Assembly: GCA_963848965.1 (NCBI GenBank)
Contig: CAWKFG010000005.1
Coordinates: forward strand, 32,001-96,000
Length of the DNA: 64,000 nt
Origin: an uncultured bacterium
Lineage (GTDB): Bacteria > Babelota > Babeliae > Babelales > Babelaceae
Reading direction: 5' to 3'
Shown here: in pieces, positions 1-10,314 of the stretch
Layout: the number at the start of each line of letters is the position of its first letter
Numbering within the stretch: position 1 is the first letter of the stretch
The notes under the pieces: generated by a model
The model's database searches: none
Told to the model about the DNA's origin: nothing
Seen by the model: only the letters and a program-made list of their open reading frames with translations
Translations under genes and position numbers: made by a program

Positions 1-1058
1 CTTGTAACAAGATCGCTTGGTAATTCATGTCGTGCTAAAAACTTTTCTACCTTGTCTTGTGTATGAACAATATCATGATAAAGGTTATTTTTATTGTCTT
101 GAGGAGCTTCTTCTTGTCGTATATAGAGTCTGACACGCCCTAAAGGTACTTCAAATGCTCGTTCAAAAAAGGTTTGGGTAAGTTGTGAAAGCTCTTTGAG
201 CGATGTTACATAGCTCAGCTGTTCTAAAATGTCCTTAAAATCAATGATAAAATTAAACCTCTCTTTTGATTCTACATGGTTTTTCAAGTTTAAGAAACGA
301 AGGCCTATCGTTCTTCTGATAGAGTAATATATTGCAATATTTGTAAGCAATTCTCGTCCTAATGTAATTACTCGCCGATCAAGCAAAAACCACGTGTGAA
401 GATACGAAAGAAAATACGTAAAGTTAGCAATTTCTATAAGAAGAAGAGGTATAAGAAAACACCGTATTACTATCTTTAATTGACTTGAAAGAATAGAAGG
501 AAGTATACCTTGCTTAATCTTATAAAAAATTTGATATACTGCTGAAAGTAAAAGAGGGATAAGATAGAACTTACTCATCTGGATCACAGTGCTTTCAGAA
601 GGAATATCTACCATTTCATATCTAAATGCAGCTGTAAATGCATAATAACCACAAAATAAACTACTTATAACAAAAAATAGATAATCACCCACATCTAAAG
701 TAAAATCTTTTTTCGCTAAATTCTTTATAAAAAGTGTAAGAGCATAATAACGTACTATAAAGAAAAACCAAGCAATACGACCTGCAAAAGCAATAAAATT
801 TACCGAATAGCTAAGGCCAAAGACATATTTAGACAAACGAATGATCCATGATACATCATGTACAAGAAAACCAACAATAATAAGAGCAAATAAAAGTATT
901 AGCTTTTTTGAAATATAGTTTGTATGAAAACTTTTACTTAACAAAAAGGTAAAAAGACCTAGCTTAAAAAGAAAAGAAACGTAGGTCAGGAACAAAAAAA
1001 ATGACGGAGCCGTTACTACATCATAAAAATTATTGATAAATTGAATAATGTACAACAT
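1..1058 (-). CDS. Multi-pass membrane protein, N-terminal part only (runs off the window); probable membrane-anchored sensor/regulator
   Basis: Not in ORF track. ATG at 1058 preceded by AGGAGAG. Hand translation of sampled stretches: MLYIIQFINNFYDVVTAPSFFLFLTYVSFLFKLGLF...GRIAWFFFIVRYYALTLFIK...GLRFLNLKNHVESKERFNFIIDFKDILEQLSYVTSLKELSQLTQTFFERAF. Several hydrophobic helices precede a soluble region. From memory it resembles Dependentiae sigma54-interacting regulators (not verified). Confidence 0.7.
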   Translation of the reverse strand, partial: MLYIIQFINNFYDVVTAPSFFLFLTYVSFLFKLGLFTFLLSKSFHTNYISKKLILLFALIIVGFLVHDVSWIIRLSKYVFGLSYSVNFIAFAGRIAWFFFIVRYYALTLFIKNLAKKDFTLDVGDYLFFVISSLFCGYYAFTAAFRYEMVDIPSESTVIQMSKFYLIPLLLSAVYQIFYKIKQGILPSILSSQLKIVIRCFLIPLLLIEIANFTYFLSYLHTWFLLDRRVITLGRELLTNIAIYYSIRRTIGLRFLNLKNHVESKERFNFIIDFKDILEQLSYVTSLKELSQLTQTFFERAFEVPLGRVRLYIRQEEAPQDNKNNLYHDIVHTQDKVEKFLARHELPSDLVT

Positions 1059-1162
1059 GATTATTGACTTTCTCTCCTAAGTCACATATATTAGTTGTTA
1101 AGTCATCATACCATGAATCTGCATAAGTGTATATCTAATTTTTATACTCGAAGGAGTTCTCT

Positions 1163-1339
1163 ATGCACAGCATCACTTTAAAGCTTAAAGCGGTAGCAGT
1201 GACACTTCTTATTGGTACTTTCTTATCGACATCTTATATGCTTAGTAATACGGCATGTAATAAGATAAAAAAGGAAACACCCTCCACCGAACAGAACAGT
1301 TTTAGAGACGAACCACCTTGGGACGGTTTAGGGTATTAA
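1163..1339 (+). CDS. Small secreted peptide precursor (58 aa)
   Basis: AAGGAG RBS at 1151, ATG 1163, TAA 1337-1339. MHSITLKLKAVAVTLLIGTFLSTSYMLSNTACNKIKKETPSTEQNSFRDEPPWDGLGY. Signal-like N-terminus; own terminator directly downstream. Confidence 0.75.
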   Translation: MHSITLKLKAVAVTLLIGTFLSTSYMLSNTACNKIKKETPSTEQNSFRDEPPWDGLGY

Positions 1340-1347
1340 AAAATGAC

Positions 1348-1381
1348 AAGCTCGTACTCATAAAAAGTACGAGCTTTTTTT
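1348..1381 (+). terminator. Intrinsic terminator
   Basis: AAGCTCGTACT / AGTACGAGCTT stem followed by a T run; lies between the convergent peptide gene and mutY. Confidence 0.8.
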
Positions 1382-1388
1382 ATGTCTA

Positions 1389-2264
1389 TCAAAGTGTGTA
1401 AAGATTCTTTTCTTCCTTTACGAAGCCTTCTTTTATAAGCTCCTGTAAAACTTCATGTATTTCCTGTTCTTCTCGCTTAGTACATTTTACTAATTTCTGA
1501 AACGTTACACATTGAGCTTTTACAAGCTCTTTGATAATCATACCACGAAGCTGACGTCGAGAACCTTCAAACTTTGATTGTATAGTATAATGAGCACTTT
1601 TGCGACTTGGATTCTTAAATTTCTTTTTAAGCATAACACCATAATCCATAAGAGCATAATACCATATACGTGCTTGTTCTCTGTCTACCGTTTGCTCTAT
1701 CAAAGGATATAAAGCTTTATCGCTTACTTCTTGAGCATCTGGAAAGAAGTGATGAATAAATACTGTACGAATATTTGTTTCTATAAATACTGTAGGTTGG
1801 TTAAAAGCAAAAGCACAAATAGATGCTGCTGTAGCAGCGCCAATGCCCTTAAACGTTTGCAATATCTCAGGATCTTGAGGAATAGTACCACTATACTCTG
1901 CAATAATCCTTTGACAAAGTGTATGAAGAGCAAGCGCACGTCGATTGTAACCAAGACCCTGCCAGACTCTCAATACTTCAGCTGCCGAAGCTGCTGCTAA
2001 CTGCTCAATGCTCTTAAATGTAGAAATAAACTGCTCATACTTTTCCTTAACTCGCTCAGTTTGCGTTTGCTGAAGCATAATTTCTGAAACAATAATATGG
2101 TAAGGATTTTGTGTATCACGCCATGCAAATTCTCTTTTATGCTCTCTATAATAAGAATAAATAAGAGTACGAAAATGCTGTATTCCCTCTTGCGCAAGTA
2201 CACCATCTACTAGAAAGTACTGTAAACTGCTAGAAGATAATGAATCTAAAAAACTCATTTGCAT
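1389..2264 (-). CDS. mutY: A/G-specific adenine glycosylase, short MutY-like (HhH-GPD), no Fe-S cluster motif
   Basis: WR-TQNPYHIIVSEIMLQQTQ, WQGLGYNRRA, GIGAATAASICAFAF, ETNIR motifs. Confidence 0.85.
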   Translation of the reverse strand: MQMSFLDSLSSSSLQYFLVDGVLAQEGIQHFRTLIYSYYREHKREFAWRDTQNPYHIIVSEIMLQQTQTERVKEKYEQFISTFKSIEQLAAASAAEVLRVWQGLGYNRRALALHTLCQRIIAEYSGTIPQDPEILQTFKGIGAATAASICAFAFNQPTVFIETNIRTVFIHHFFPDAQEVSDKALYPLIEQTVDREQARIWYYALMDYGVMLKKKFKNPSRKSAHYTIQSKFEGSRRQLRGMIIKELVKAQCVTFQKLVKCTKREEQEIHEVLQELIKEGFVKEEKNLYTL

Positions 2265-2266
2265 GT

Positions 2267-4726
2267 TTACTCACCTGTAGTTTGTCTATTGTTTGCTTGT
2301 TGAGCAGGTTGTCTTGGTGATATTCTAAAGGTATCTCTTTTAAGGTCATCATATGCTATATGAATAACGTCCTCTTCTGGCCTCATCTCAATGCGCCTTA
2401 CTTTTATAGAAGACATATGTTCTGTGCTAGAGACTGCACCAGTATATATATTCCAAAATCTTACTGTTCCATCTTCACTTGCAGAAATGAGAGTTTCATA
2501 TTTGCTATAATACTCTATATGAGTTACCGGTCCTGTATGACCTCCAAATACTCTCAGACATGTGCCATTCTTTCTATCCCAAATGCGGATTGTACCATCA
2601 TCAGAACACGAAGCAAGAGCCCTTATAATCTCAATACCATCATTCAGAGTCAAGAGCTTCATATCATTTACTCTTTTCGTGTGACCTATGAGCGTTTTTC
2701 GTAAAGCACCTTCATCTGTTCCCCACTTATGAATAGTTCCATCTCCTGCCCCTGTAAAAAGAGCAGTAATAGTTTTATCATAGACCATAGACCATACAGG
2801 GTGTGTATGCCCTTTTAAAACAAAACGGCACGCATTTGTCTTCAAATCCCACAGTCGTACAGTACAGTCATCTCCTCCTGATGCTAACATATTATAATCT
2901 TTTAAAAAGCATAACGACCATATATATCCTTTGTGCTCTGCAGGAAGCTTAAACTGCCTTAAACCTCCTTTATTTATCAAAATAAAAGGCCCGTCACCAA
3001 GAAAAATAAGAGCGTCTGATTCAGTAAGTGATTCACATAAAATAGCCGTTACATCTTCTCGTAACGTTAAACTACTGACAGAACTAATATCTGTACCATA
3101 ACGAATAGAAGGACAATGAGACCTTATAAAAGTAGATGGTACTGGCTGTCGTCTAACAGAAGAAGTTTCAGTGGTTGCAGAAATCTGCTCACTCACTGCA
3201 AAACGTTTCCAAACTTGTACTGTATTGTAATCACTGATTACAAAAAGAGTACTTCCATCACTACTTATTTTTATGTGTAACGGTTTGTTTCCTGTAGTTA
3301 CAGGAAACTGCTGTTGTCCTTTTGTAGCAACAACTACAACTTCACCTGAAACATAAGCACACGCTAAGTAGTGTCCGTCATAAGTCCAATCAACACAAGA
3401 AATAATTTCAGATCCATTTTTAACAAGTGGCACAGGCAATGTAGTACATAACTTAAGATTATGAGGGCGGCCTAAAAATACAGAAGCCCCTTGAGGATCT
3501 ATAAAGCTACAAGAAAGAGCATCTTTCTCATGGTTCGAAGCACGCATAATATCAGTACAATCGCCAGATTCTCTATTCCATACTTTTACAGAACCATTTT
3601 TTGTAACACCGTAAATCTTTTTGCTATCAGTACTAAATTGTAGTGCGATAATTGTTCCTATAACAGGTCCTTTCGCTATAGTTTTCATACGGCCTGTTCC
3701 TGTATCCCAACATAATAAGTATTTTGAGCCTTCATGCTCTACGGTAGCTGCAAATAAAGAACAGTCAGCATTAAAGGTACCACACGAAGTATTGGTAACC
3801 CACATTTTTCCTTCTCTCTCCATTTGAAGATGAAAAGGAGCTTCATCAAGCAAGCATACTTTTATAATACCTGTAAGAGTAACTACGAAAAGCTCTTGAT
3901 TTTTTTCATTCCATCCAACTAAAGGGCCATGAGTTCGAGTAAGATAAGGCTTTACTTTATCAGCAAGCTCTTTAATAGCTATACAAGTACCTTGTGCAGT
4001 ATCCCACACATACATATAGTTTGATGAAAGAGAGATAAGACGATTTCCATCAGCAGTACAAAAAACAAACTGTAGTGGTGTCTCGTCTTGATGACCTTCT
4101 AAAGCTGTATGACTCAACGAACTTATACATGACCATTTATAGACCGCAGCATCCACTGATGTTTCTTGTGTTGATACTTCGTTCTTGTCTAGTACAGGCT
4201 CCTTTTTCTTTTTTGGTTTACGCTTTTTTCGAGCACTTTCTTGTGCAAAAACAGCTCCCTTTGCAGATCTTTCTTTTATAAGATTGGTAAGATTACTTGC
4301 AGCACACCCATCTCCCTTGTCTCTTCCCTTATTAAGGTATTCTATTGCTTGCTCTCGTTTACCAAGATGTAAATAAGCTACTGCCAAGTTATTATACAGG
4401 GGAAGGATATCTACCTCACTATAAAAGCGAAGAACCCGTAAAAAATAGCTTTTTGCATCCTTATAACGTTCTTGTTTAAGATACACAAGCCCGAGGGAAT
4501 ATAAAGCATATGCTCGTTTTATACTATCTTTGCTCTCGGTAGCAATTTTATCAAAACATTCTATAGCTTCTTTATACTTTTGTTGTTGAACATACGAGAT
4601 CCCCGCTGTATACAGAGATTCATCTGAAGCTGGCTGTTGCTCTTTTTCCATACCAGTAAGAGCACAAAATCCACCGCTTATTCCTATCAGCAAAAATGTT
4701 TTATAATACAAGCTTTTTATAGTCAT
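2267..4726 (-). CDS. Secreted TPR plus WD40-repeat protein (putative effector)
   Basis: Signal peptide; TPRs (AYALYSLGLVYLKQERYKDA); GH...WD repeats (LASGGDDCTVRLWD, LASCSDDGTIRIWD); basic RKKRKPKKKK segment. Confidence 0.85.
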   Translation of the reverse strand: MTIKSLYYKTFLLIGISGGFCALTGMEKEQQPASDESLYTAGISYVQQQKYKEAIECFDKIATESKDSIKRAYALYSLGLVYLKQERYKDAKSYFLRVLRFYSEVDILPLYNNLAVAYLHLGKREQAIEYLNKGRDKGDGCAASNLTNLIKERSAKGAVFAQESARKKRKPKKKKEPVLDKNEVSTQETSVDAAVYKWSCISSLSHTALEGHQDETPLQFVFCTADGNRLISLSSNYMYVWDTAQGTCIAIKELADKVKPYLTRTHGPLVGWNEKNQELFVVTLTGIIKVCLLDEAPFHLQMEREGKMWVTNTSCGTFNADCSLFAATVEHEGSKYLLCWDTGTGRMKTIAKGPVIGTIIALQFSTDSKKIYGVTKNGSVKVWNRESGDCTDIMRASNHEKDALSCSFIDPQGASVFLGRPHNLKLCTTLPVPLVKNGSEIISCVDWTYDGHYLACAYVSGEVVVVATKGQQQFPVTTGNKPLHIKISSDGSTLFVISDYNTVQVWKRFAVSEQISATTETSSVRRQPVPSTFIRSHCPSIRYGTDISSVSSLTLREDVTAILCESLTESDALIFLGDGPFILINKGGLRQFKLPAEHKGYIWSLCFLKDYNMLASGGDDCTVRLWDLKTNACRFVLKGHTHPVWSMVYDKTITALFTGAGDGTIHKWGTDEGALRKTLIGHTKRVNDMKLLTLNDGIEIIRALASCSDDGTIRIWDRKNGTCLRVFGGHTGPVTHIEYYSKYETLISASEDGTVRFWNIYTGAVSSTEHMSSIKVRRIEMRPEEDVIHIAYDDLKRDTFRISPRQPAQQANNRQTTGE

Positions 4727-4966
4727 AGAGAAAACCTTAACGTAATCATATTTTTTAAAATATAGAATAGCATGGCTACTTATATTGTCAATTTTGAAAT
4801 TGCAACTTGAAGATATGCAAAAAACTAAATTTTAAAATATATAAGAGATTCAATAATACGCATTACTCATATATTCAAGCACAAGCAGAAAGAATTATGT
4901 ACATCTTTCTGTTGCAAACATTTGTAAAGTCTACAAACTCTGCTTATTTATCATAAGAAAGAGACC

Positions 4967-7603
4967 TTAGACACGACCTGCTCGTATTTTTACAAGTTTG
5001 TCAGTAGAAAGGTATTTTTTTACCGTCTCTTGCATCTGATCAATGGTAATGGAAGTAAGCTGTGAAGCACGGGTATCAAAATAATCTTGTGGAAACTGAA
5101 ATTTATCTTTAAATAATGCAGTAACAGCTATTTGGTGATTAGAGCTAAAATTATCTACCAACGAGTTTATAATAGCTTTTTGTGCTTCCTCAAACTCTTG
5201 TGCTGATACTTCATTAATTGCAGTGTTAATAACATGCGCTATAGCAGCTTCTGCTTCTTTAAGACGATCATTTGAGACGATTGTTCTTACTACGACAAGT
5301 CCTTTTTGCGTATCAACACGAGAAATTAAAGAGCCACCAATTGTGTAAAAGAGCCCTGAACGTTCTCGCAAATCAAATAATCGAGAACTCATTGAGCCTA
5401 AAACACCACCAGTAAAAATTTGATCAAAAAGCAGAAGCTTATCATAATCAGGATCTGTTCTTGTTACCGATAAACCTGCATAAGAAAGAACTGTTTGATC
5501 TCGTATAATGTGGTAATTTATCTCTTGAGGTCGTACCGGCTCTAACTGCGGATAATCAAGATCTACCACTTCCGATCCGGTCCAACGAGAAAGCATGTGT
5601 TCTAAGACTTCTTTAGTTTCATAACGCTCTAAGTCTCCTACTATCGCCAACCGTGCTGCTCGTGGACTTAAATAACGTGTATAAAAATCAAGTAGGTGCT
5701 GCTTCGTAATAGCCTTGACCCCTTCAAAGGTTCCCAGAATATTCTTACTATAAGGATGGTTTTTATATACCTCTTGTCGCGCTAATTGACCGACAAATTG
5801 TGAAGGGCTATCCCAAAACTGCTGTAATTCAGCAATCATCTGCGCTCGTACCTTCTCAATAGAATCTTCTTTAAAGGCTGCTTGTGTAAGAATCTCATTA
5901 AGTAGTTCAAGACCTTTAGGAAGATCTGCAGCCAGTAAGCTTAATGTTACTTGTCCTGAACCAGCTTGTAATGACATACCATAGGATTCAAGCACATCAG
6001 CAAATTCAGATGCTGAGTAATTTTTAGTACCTTCTAAAAGAAGTGATGCAGTAAAAGAGCTCAGTCCCTCTAAACCTTGAGGATCATAATAATGTTTTGC
6101 TTTAAAATCTAAAATAATATCTATTTTAGGAAGCAGTTGATTATTGTAATAAAGCACCTTAAGTCCATTACTTAAATGCCATGTCTGTGATCGAGGGAAT
6201 TCAAATGGTTTTGGTGGTCGAACTTCAATTGAATAAACACACTTACCTTCCTCAATTTCAGTATGTCGTACTTTTCCTTTGAGAATTCGCTCATCTTCCT
6301 CATCAGAAATCTGTTGCAAATGAAGCCAATATGTTTTTTCTTTTTCATGTAAAGGTAATACCTGAGCCATATTCATACCAGAAGAGCGTAAATACGTAGA
6401 AACAAAATCTTTTATCTCTTGTTCAAGATGCTCTTTAGGGTAATCAGTAAAGGTATAGAGAAACTGCTCATTACCAGTAGCTAAATAATATTTACCTATG
6501 TTGTATGCCTGCTTTTGGTTATTTTCAAGCAATGCAAGATAAGAAACTTCAGTTTTTTTAATTGCTCTTGTTACTTCAGCTTCTTCCACCCCTTTATGTG
6601 CTATTGCGTCAAGCTCTTCATGAATAATGGAGAAAATACGATCAATATCTTCGCTCTTTTTTGGCTGGAAGTAGACAAAGAAAACACCATAATCAAAAAG
6701 ATCATAGTTAAAAACATCAAGCTCAGTAACAAGCTGTAGACCATCAACAAGCCGCTTATATAACCTTGAGCCCTTACCAGAGCCTATAATCCAAGAGACT
6801 ACATCAATAAGATAATCTTTTCCTTTACGAGCACCTGGTATAATCCACGCTCCTATAACCATAGGCTGCTTGATATCTCGATAGAGAGTAACAGTGTAGT
6901 TTCGCAAATCAGGTGAATGGTAATACTGTACTGGTTGATACTTTTCATCAGCAGGAATATTACCAAACTCTTTATGAATATTTTTCAGCGCCTCATCAGG
7001 ATCAACATCACCTACAATAACGAGGGTTGCATTATTAGGTACATAGTGATGACGATAGAATGCTACAAGAGCTTCACGCTCTAAGCCCCATAGATCTTGC
7101 TTATAGCCAATAATAGGATGATGATAGGGATGATCATAAAAAATAGCTGAAAGTAGATGCTCAATCATGCTTGAAACATAATCATCCTTATACATTTTGA
7201 GCTCTTGAATAACAGCTTTCAGCTCAGAGTTTAGAAAATCTTGTTTAAATGTGCAATTACGCATACAATCAGCCATGATAGGCAGCGCTTCTTGCCAGTG
7301 TTGTGAAGGAAAGTCAAAGAGATATCCTGTATAATCATATGAAGTAAATGCATTACAGTACCCAGAAAGCTTATGAGTAATAAGGTTAATATCGCATTCT
7401 GAAAGTATTCCTGTACCTTTAAAAATCATGTGTTCAATAAGATGCGCTATCCCTTTTTCTCCACTTTTTTCATCTTTTGATCCTACATTGTACCATAGCT
7501 GAGTTGATACTTTAGGAATAGTTCGTCGTGGTACAATGAGTACTGTCATACCATTAGCTAAAATCTGTTTAAGAACGCGGGGCCGTTGCATACCTATCCT
7601 CAT
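4967..7603 (-). CDS. M16 family zinc peptidase (insulinase/PqqL-like, two fused modules)
   Basis: HLIEH (HxxEH) motif, NAFTS, second inactive M16 half starting LSNGLKV. Confidence 0.9.
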   Translation of the reverse strand: MRIGMQRPRVLKQILANGMTVLIVPRRTIPKVSTQLWYNVGSKDEKSGEKGIAHLIEHMIFKGTGILSECDINLITHKLSGYCNAFTSYDYTGYLFDFPSQHWQEALPIMADCMRNCTFKQDFLNSELKAVIQELKMYKDDYVSSMIEHLLSAIFYDHPYHHPIIGYKQDLWGLEREALVAFYRHHYVPNNATLVIVGDVDPDEALKNIHKEFGNIPADEKYQPVQYYHSPDLRNYTVTLYRDIKQPMVIGAWIIPGARKGKDYLIDVVSWIIGSGKGSRLYKRLVDGLQLVTELDVFNYDLFDYGVFFVYFQPKKSEDIDRIFSIIHEELDAIAHKGVEEAEVTRAIKKTEVSYLALLENNQKQAYNIGKYYLATGNEQFLYTFTDYPKEHLEQEIKDFVSTYLRSSGMNMAQVLPLHEKEKTYWLHLQQISDEEDERILKGKVRHTEIEEGKCVYSIEVRPPKPFEFPRSQTWHLSNGLKVLYYNNQLLPKIDIILDFKAKHYYDPQGLEGLSSFTASLLLEGTKNYSASEFADVLESYGMSLQAGSGQVTLSLLAADLPKGLELLNEILTQAAFKEDSIEKVRAQMIAELQQFWDSPSQFVGQLARQEVYKNHPYSKNILGTFEGVKAITKQHLLDFYTRYLSPRAARLAIVGDLERYETKEVLEHMLSRWTGSEVVDLDYPQLEPVRPQEINYHIIRDQTVLSYAGLSVTRTDPDYDKLLLFDQIFTGGVLGSMSSRLFDLRERSGLFYTIGGSLISRVDTQKGLVVVRTIVSNDRLKEAEAAIAHVINTAINEVSAQEFEEAQKAIINSLVDNFSSNHQIAVTALFKDKFQFPQDYFDTRASQLTSITIDQMQETVKKYLSTDKLVKIRAGRV

Positions 7604-7663
7604 GAGTAATTGTGCTCTTGTGCATCTTCATATTAACGCAACTTCCAACCAATCGCAAACAAA

Positions 7664-8554
7664 TTATACAATTCTTTTAAGGCTGCGTGCTATCGCAACT
7701 GCTTTAAGAGCACTGAGCTCTTTATCCTTGATCTCAAGCATAATATCAAAGTCAAGTTCTTTTGTCGCTTCTAAAAAAGCTTTAAAGTGCTCTTCATTAA
7801 TAGTTTGAACATGTTTGCCCACCCTGTTACCAGGAGCTTGGCTACTATAATCGATCATGCCACTACCATCATGCACATTCCATGTCCCCAGCGCCAATTG
7901 TAACGCCTCTACAAGCGGCTCGCCATTATGTAAACACTCATGATGTAGAGTGTCAAAAAGTATAGGTATTCCTGTATGTTCGTGCAAAAAAAGGCAGTCT
8001 TTTAATGAATATGATCGCTCATCATTTTCAAGAACAAGTCTGCGTTTTACTTTATCACTCAAGGTATGATACGTAGAGATAAATCTTTTAAGAGCTTCCT
8101 CTTTATTGCCATAGACACCTCCACCATGAATTTGCATCTTTGCAGAGGTATCTAGTCCTAGGCTATCTAAAACAGTTGCATGATATTCAAGCTCTCGTAT
8201 ACTGTTTTGCACTATTGTAGAATCTGGTGAATTAATAACCACAAACTGATCAGGATGCATAGAAATCCGCAAGTTATGCTTTTTAATATAGTCACCAAGA
8301 GCAGCAAATTTAGGAGCAAAAAATTTTACCCAATCAAAATCAATAACCGAATGAGAAGCAAATGGCACTAAACAAGAACTTATTCTAAAAAAAAGTAATC
8401 CCATCTTTACATTGTATTCTAAAATTTGCTGCAGTGCATCCAGATTAGCATGTACTGTAGACACAAGTCGTGCAGAAGAATAGGAGCTTAACCGAAATGT
8501 TCGATTAGCACAACAGCCAAGTGACGTATTAATGCATGGATATCCAATCTTCAC
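7664..8554 (-). CDS. uvsE: UV DNA damage repair endonuclease UvsE
   Basis: MKIGYPCIN, FFRISS, SMHPDQF, LENDE, FDTLHH, DIMLEIKDKE. Confidence 0.93.
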   Translation of the reverse strand: MKIGYPCINTSLGCCANRTFRLSSYSSARLVSTVHANLDALQQILEYNVKMGLLFFRISSCLVPFASHSVIDFDWVKFFAPKFAALGDYIKKHNLRISMHPDQFVVINSPDSTIVQNSIRELEYHATVLDSLGLDTSAKMQIHGGGVYGNKEEALKRFISTYHTLSDKVKRRLVLENDERSYSLKDCLFLHEHTGIPILFDTLHHECLHNGEPLVEALQLALGTWNVHDGSGMIDYSSQAPGNRVGKHVQTINEEHFKAFLEATKELDFDIMLEIKDKELSALKAVAIARSLKRIV

Positions 8555-9258
8555 TTGTTTCCACTTTGTTTTATTATTCCTTGCAATAAACTTCTTAAAC
8601 CGGCATTTTTAAGTTTTTCAAGCATCTGAGTAAAAGCTGGCATTTGTGAGTATGCAGGCTTGGCTATACTTTTTATAGCAGCTACATGCAAAGCGCTATT
8701 ACCCGTTTTATCTTTAATATTTGGATCTGCTCCTGCAGCTAATAAAAGGTTTACTAAAGCAAACTGGTCAAGCTCTATTGCTCGATATAAGGGAGTTTCT
8801 CCACCTTCATTTTGTGCATTAATATCTGCTTTATTCTGAAGAAGTAACTTTACCATGTCTATATTCCCTGAAACAATAGCTCCATGCAAAGGAGTTTCTC
8901 CGTAGTGAACCTTAACATTACTATTTGCGCCTTTTTCAAGCAGGAACTTTGCCCTCTCAAGAGATCCTATTGTAGCTACCAAAAAGAGCTCTTCTGGATG
9001 AGCTTTAATATAATTTCTTGTAAAAGCCTCAATCGTAGCTGGGCTATCAATAAGAGCCTTAAACTTTTTATTAACTACTCTTAATGCTTTAAGCTTTTTC
9101 AAAGCTGCCTCAAGTGATGGTCCCTCGTATATGAAAGAAATGATAAGTGCTTTTACCTCTTTTGGTAAAGTATCCCAGCTAGGTTGAACTGGCGTCATAC
9201 TATAAGAACTCGTATAGAGAAAAGTAATAATAAGTATAATTATGAATGTGTTTTTCAT
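8551..9258 (-). CDS. Secreted ankyrin-repeat protein with F-box-like N-terminal segment
   Basis: Signal peptide; WDTLPKEVKALIISFI...LRVVNKKFKALI; ankyrin repeats GETPLHGA, GETPLYRA, GNSALHVA. Confidence 0.85.
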   Translation of the reverse strand: MKNTFIIILIITFLYTSSYSMTPVQPSWDTLPKEVKALIISFIYEGPSLEAALKKLKALRVVNKKFKALIDSPATIEAFTRNYIKAHPEELFLVATIGSLERAKFLLEKGANSNVKVHYGETPLHGAIVSGNIDMVKLLLQNKADINAQNEGGETPLYRAIELDQFALVNLLLAAGADPNIKDKTGNSALHVAAIKSIAKPAYSQMPAFTQMLEKLKNAGLRSLLQGIIKQSGNK

Positions 9259-9596
9259 ACTAAACCTTTTTCATTATCGCTATTTTTATTAAAATTATAA
9301 CAAAGTGATACTTAAAAAAACAATAAACAGGCATTTTGGGCATTAAAGGCATTTACTATAGGACCAGAAATCATCTCTTTTTATAGAAACTCTCTATAAG
9401 TGTGCTGTATTTGCCGCAATCCTTTATCACTTGAAAGTCCATAAAAAAGGTCCTATAATCAAAATACTTATAAAAATAGTAAATCATGGAAAAGAAATAT
9501 AATTTTTTTATATATTATTTTCTCAATAAATCCTTGAAACGTATAACGTCGCTACACATAAAAGTTCTACTACCGTAAATATAAAAGAGGTACTCT

Positions 9597-10178
9597 ATGA
9601 TAAAGATTATAACTTATTTATGTATTTGCTCTAGCACTCTTTGTCTAGCTATGCAAACCAATAAAGACCCTCTCAAGGTATTAAAGGATGAGGTATCTTC
9701 TGATGCACATACTATAGAGGAAAAGTTGAGACAGCTACATCCTCAAATTACTCCTGAAGTAGAGCAAAAAGATGAAGCAAGTGCAATGCCCCCTGGTACT
9801 ACAGTAATACGAGAAGATGTACAATCTACAGGAGAGACGTTTAAGAATGCAAAACCTGTCTTTACTCCAGGAAAGAAAAGAAAGCGAACAGTTTTTAGCA
9901 TCTATAATATACCGCAAGAACAACCTGCTCAACAATCAGAAGAACAACCTACAGCATCTAGCGGTAATCAAGCCAAAAATGAAAAAGAGACCACTACTCA
10001 AGTGCCACCACAAGAAACATCCTCTCTACCAAAAGAAACACTACATAAACAGAAAAAACAATTACAGTGGCTTTCTAAAAGGTGGGTTCACGTAGGAGTT
10101 GGTATTGGAGTACTTACCCTTATAGGATACTTGTACTACAAAAAATCTGCTTCACATACTCCAAGTGTTCAAAAGTGA
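9597..10178 (+). CDS. Hypothetical exported protein with C-terminal membrane anchor
   Basis: GAGG RBS, signal peptide, Q/E/T/P-rich linker, C-terminal TM WVHVGVGIGVLTLIGYLYYKK. Confidence 0.75.
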   Translation: MIKIITYLCICSSTLCLAMQTNKDPLKVLKDEVSSDAHTIEEKLRQLHPQITPEVEQKDEASAMPPGTTVIREDVQSTGETFKNAKPVFTPGKKRKRTVFSIYNIPQEQPAQQSEEQPTASSGNQAKNEKETTTQVPPQETSSLPKETLHKQKKQLQWLSKRWVHVGVGIGVLTLIGYLYYKKSASHTPSVQK

Positions 10179-10314
10179 TTTTCTTCTACATTACATCTTC
10201 AGCAACAAAAACTCAGTTTTTGAGTACGAAGAATCTCTTTGTGCTATAAACAAATAAGAGGGAAGTTTTTCCCTCTTATTATAACTATCTTTCTTCTTCA
10301 TATGATGCTTGAGA

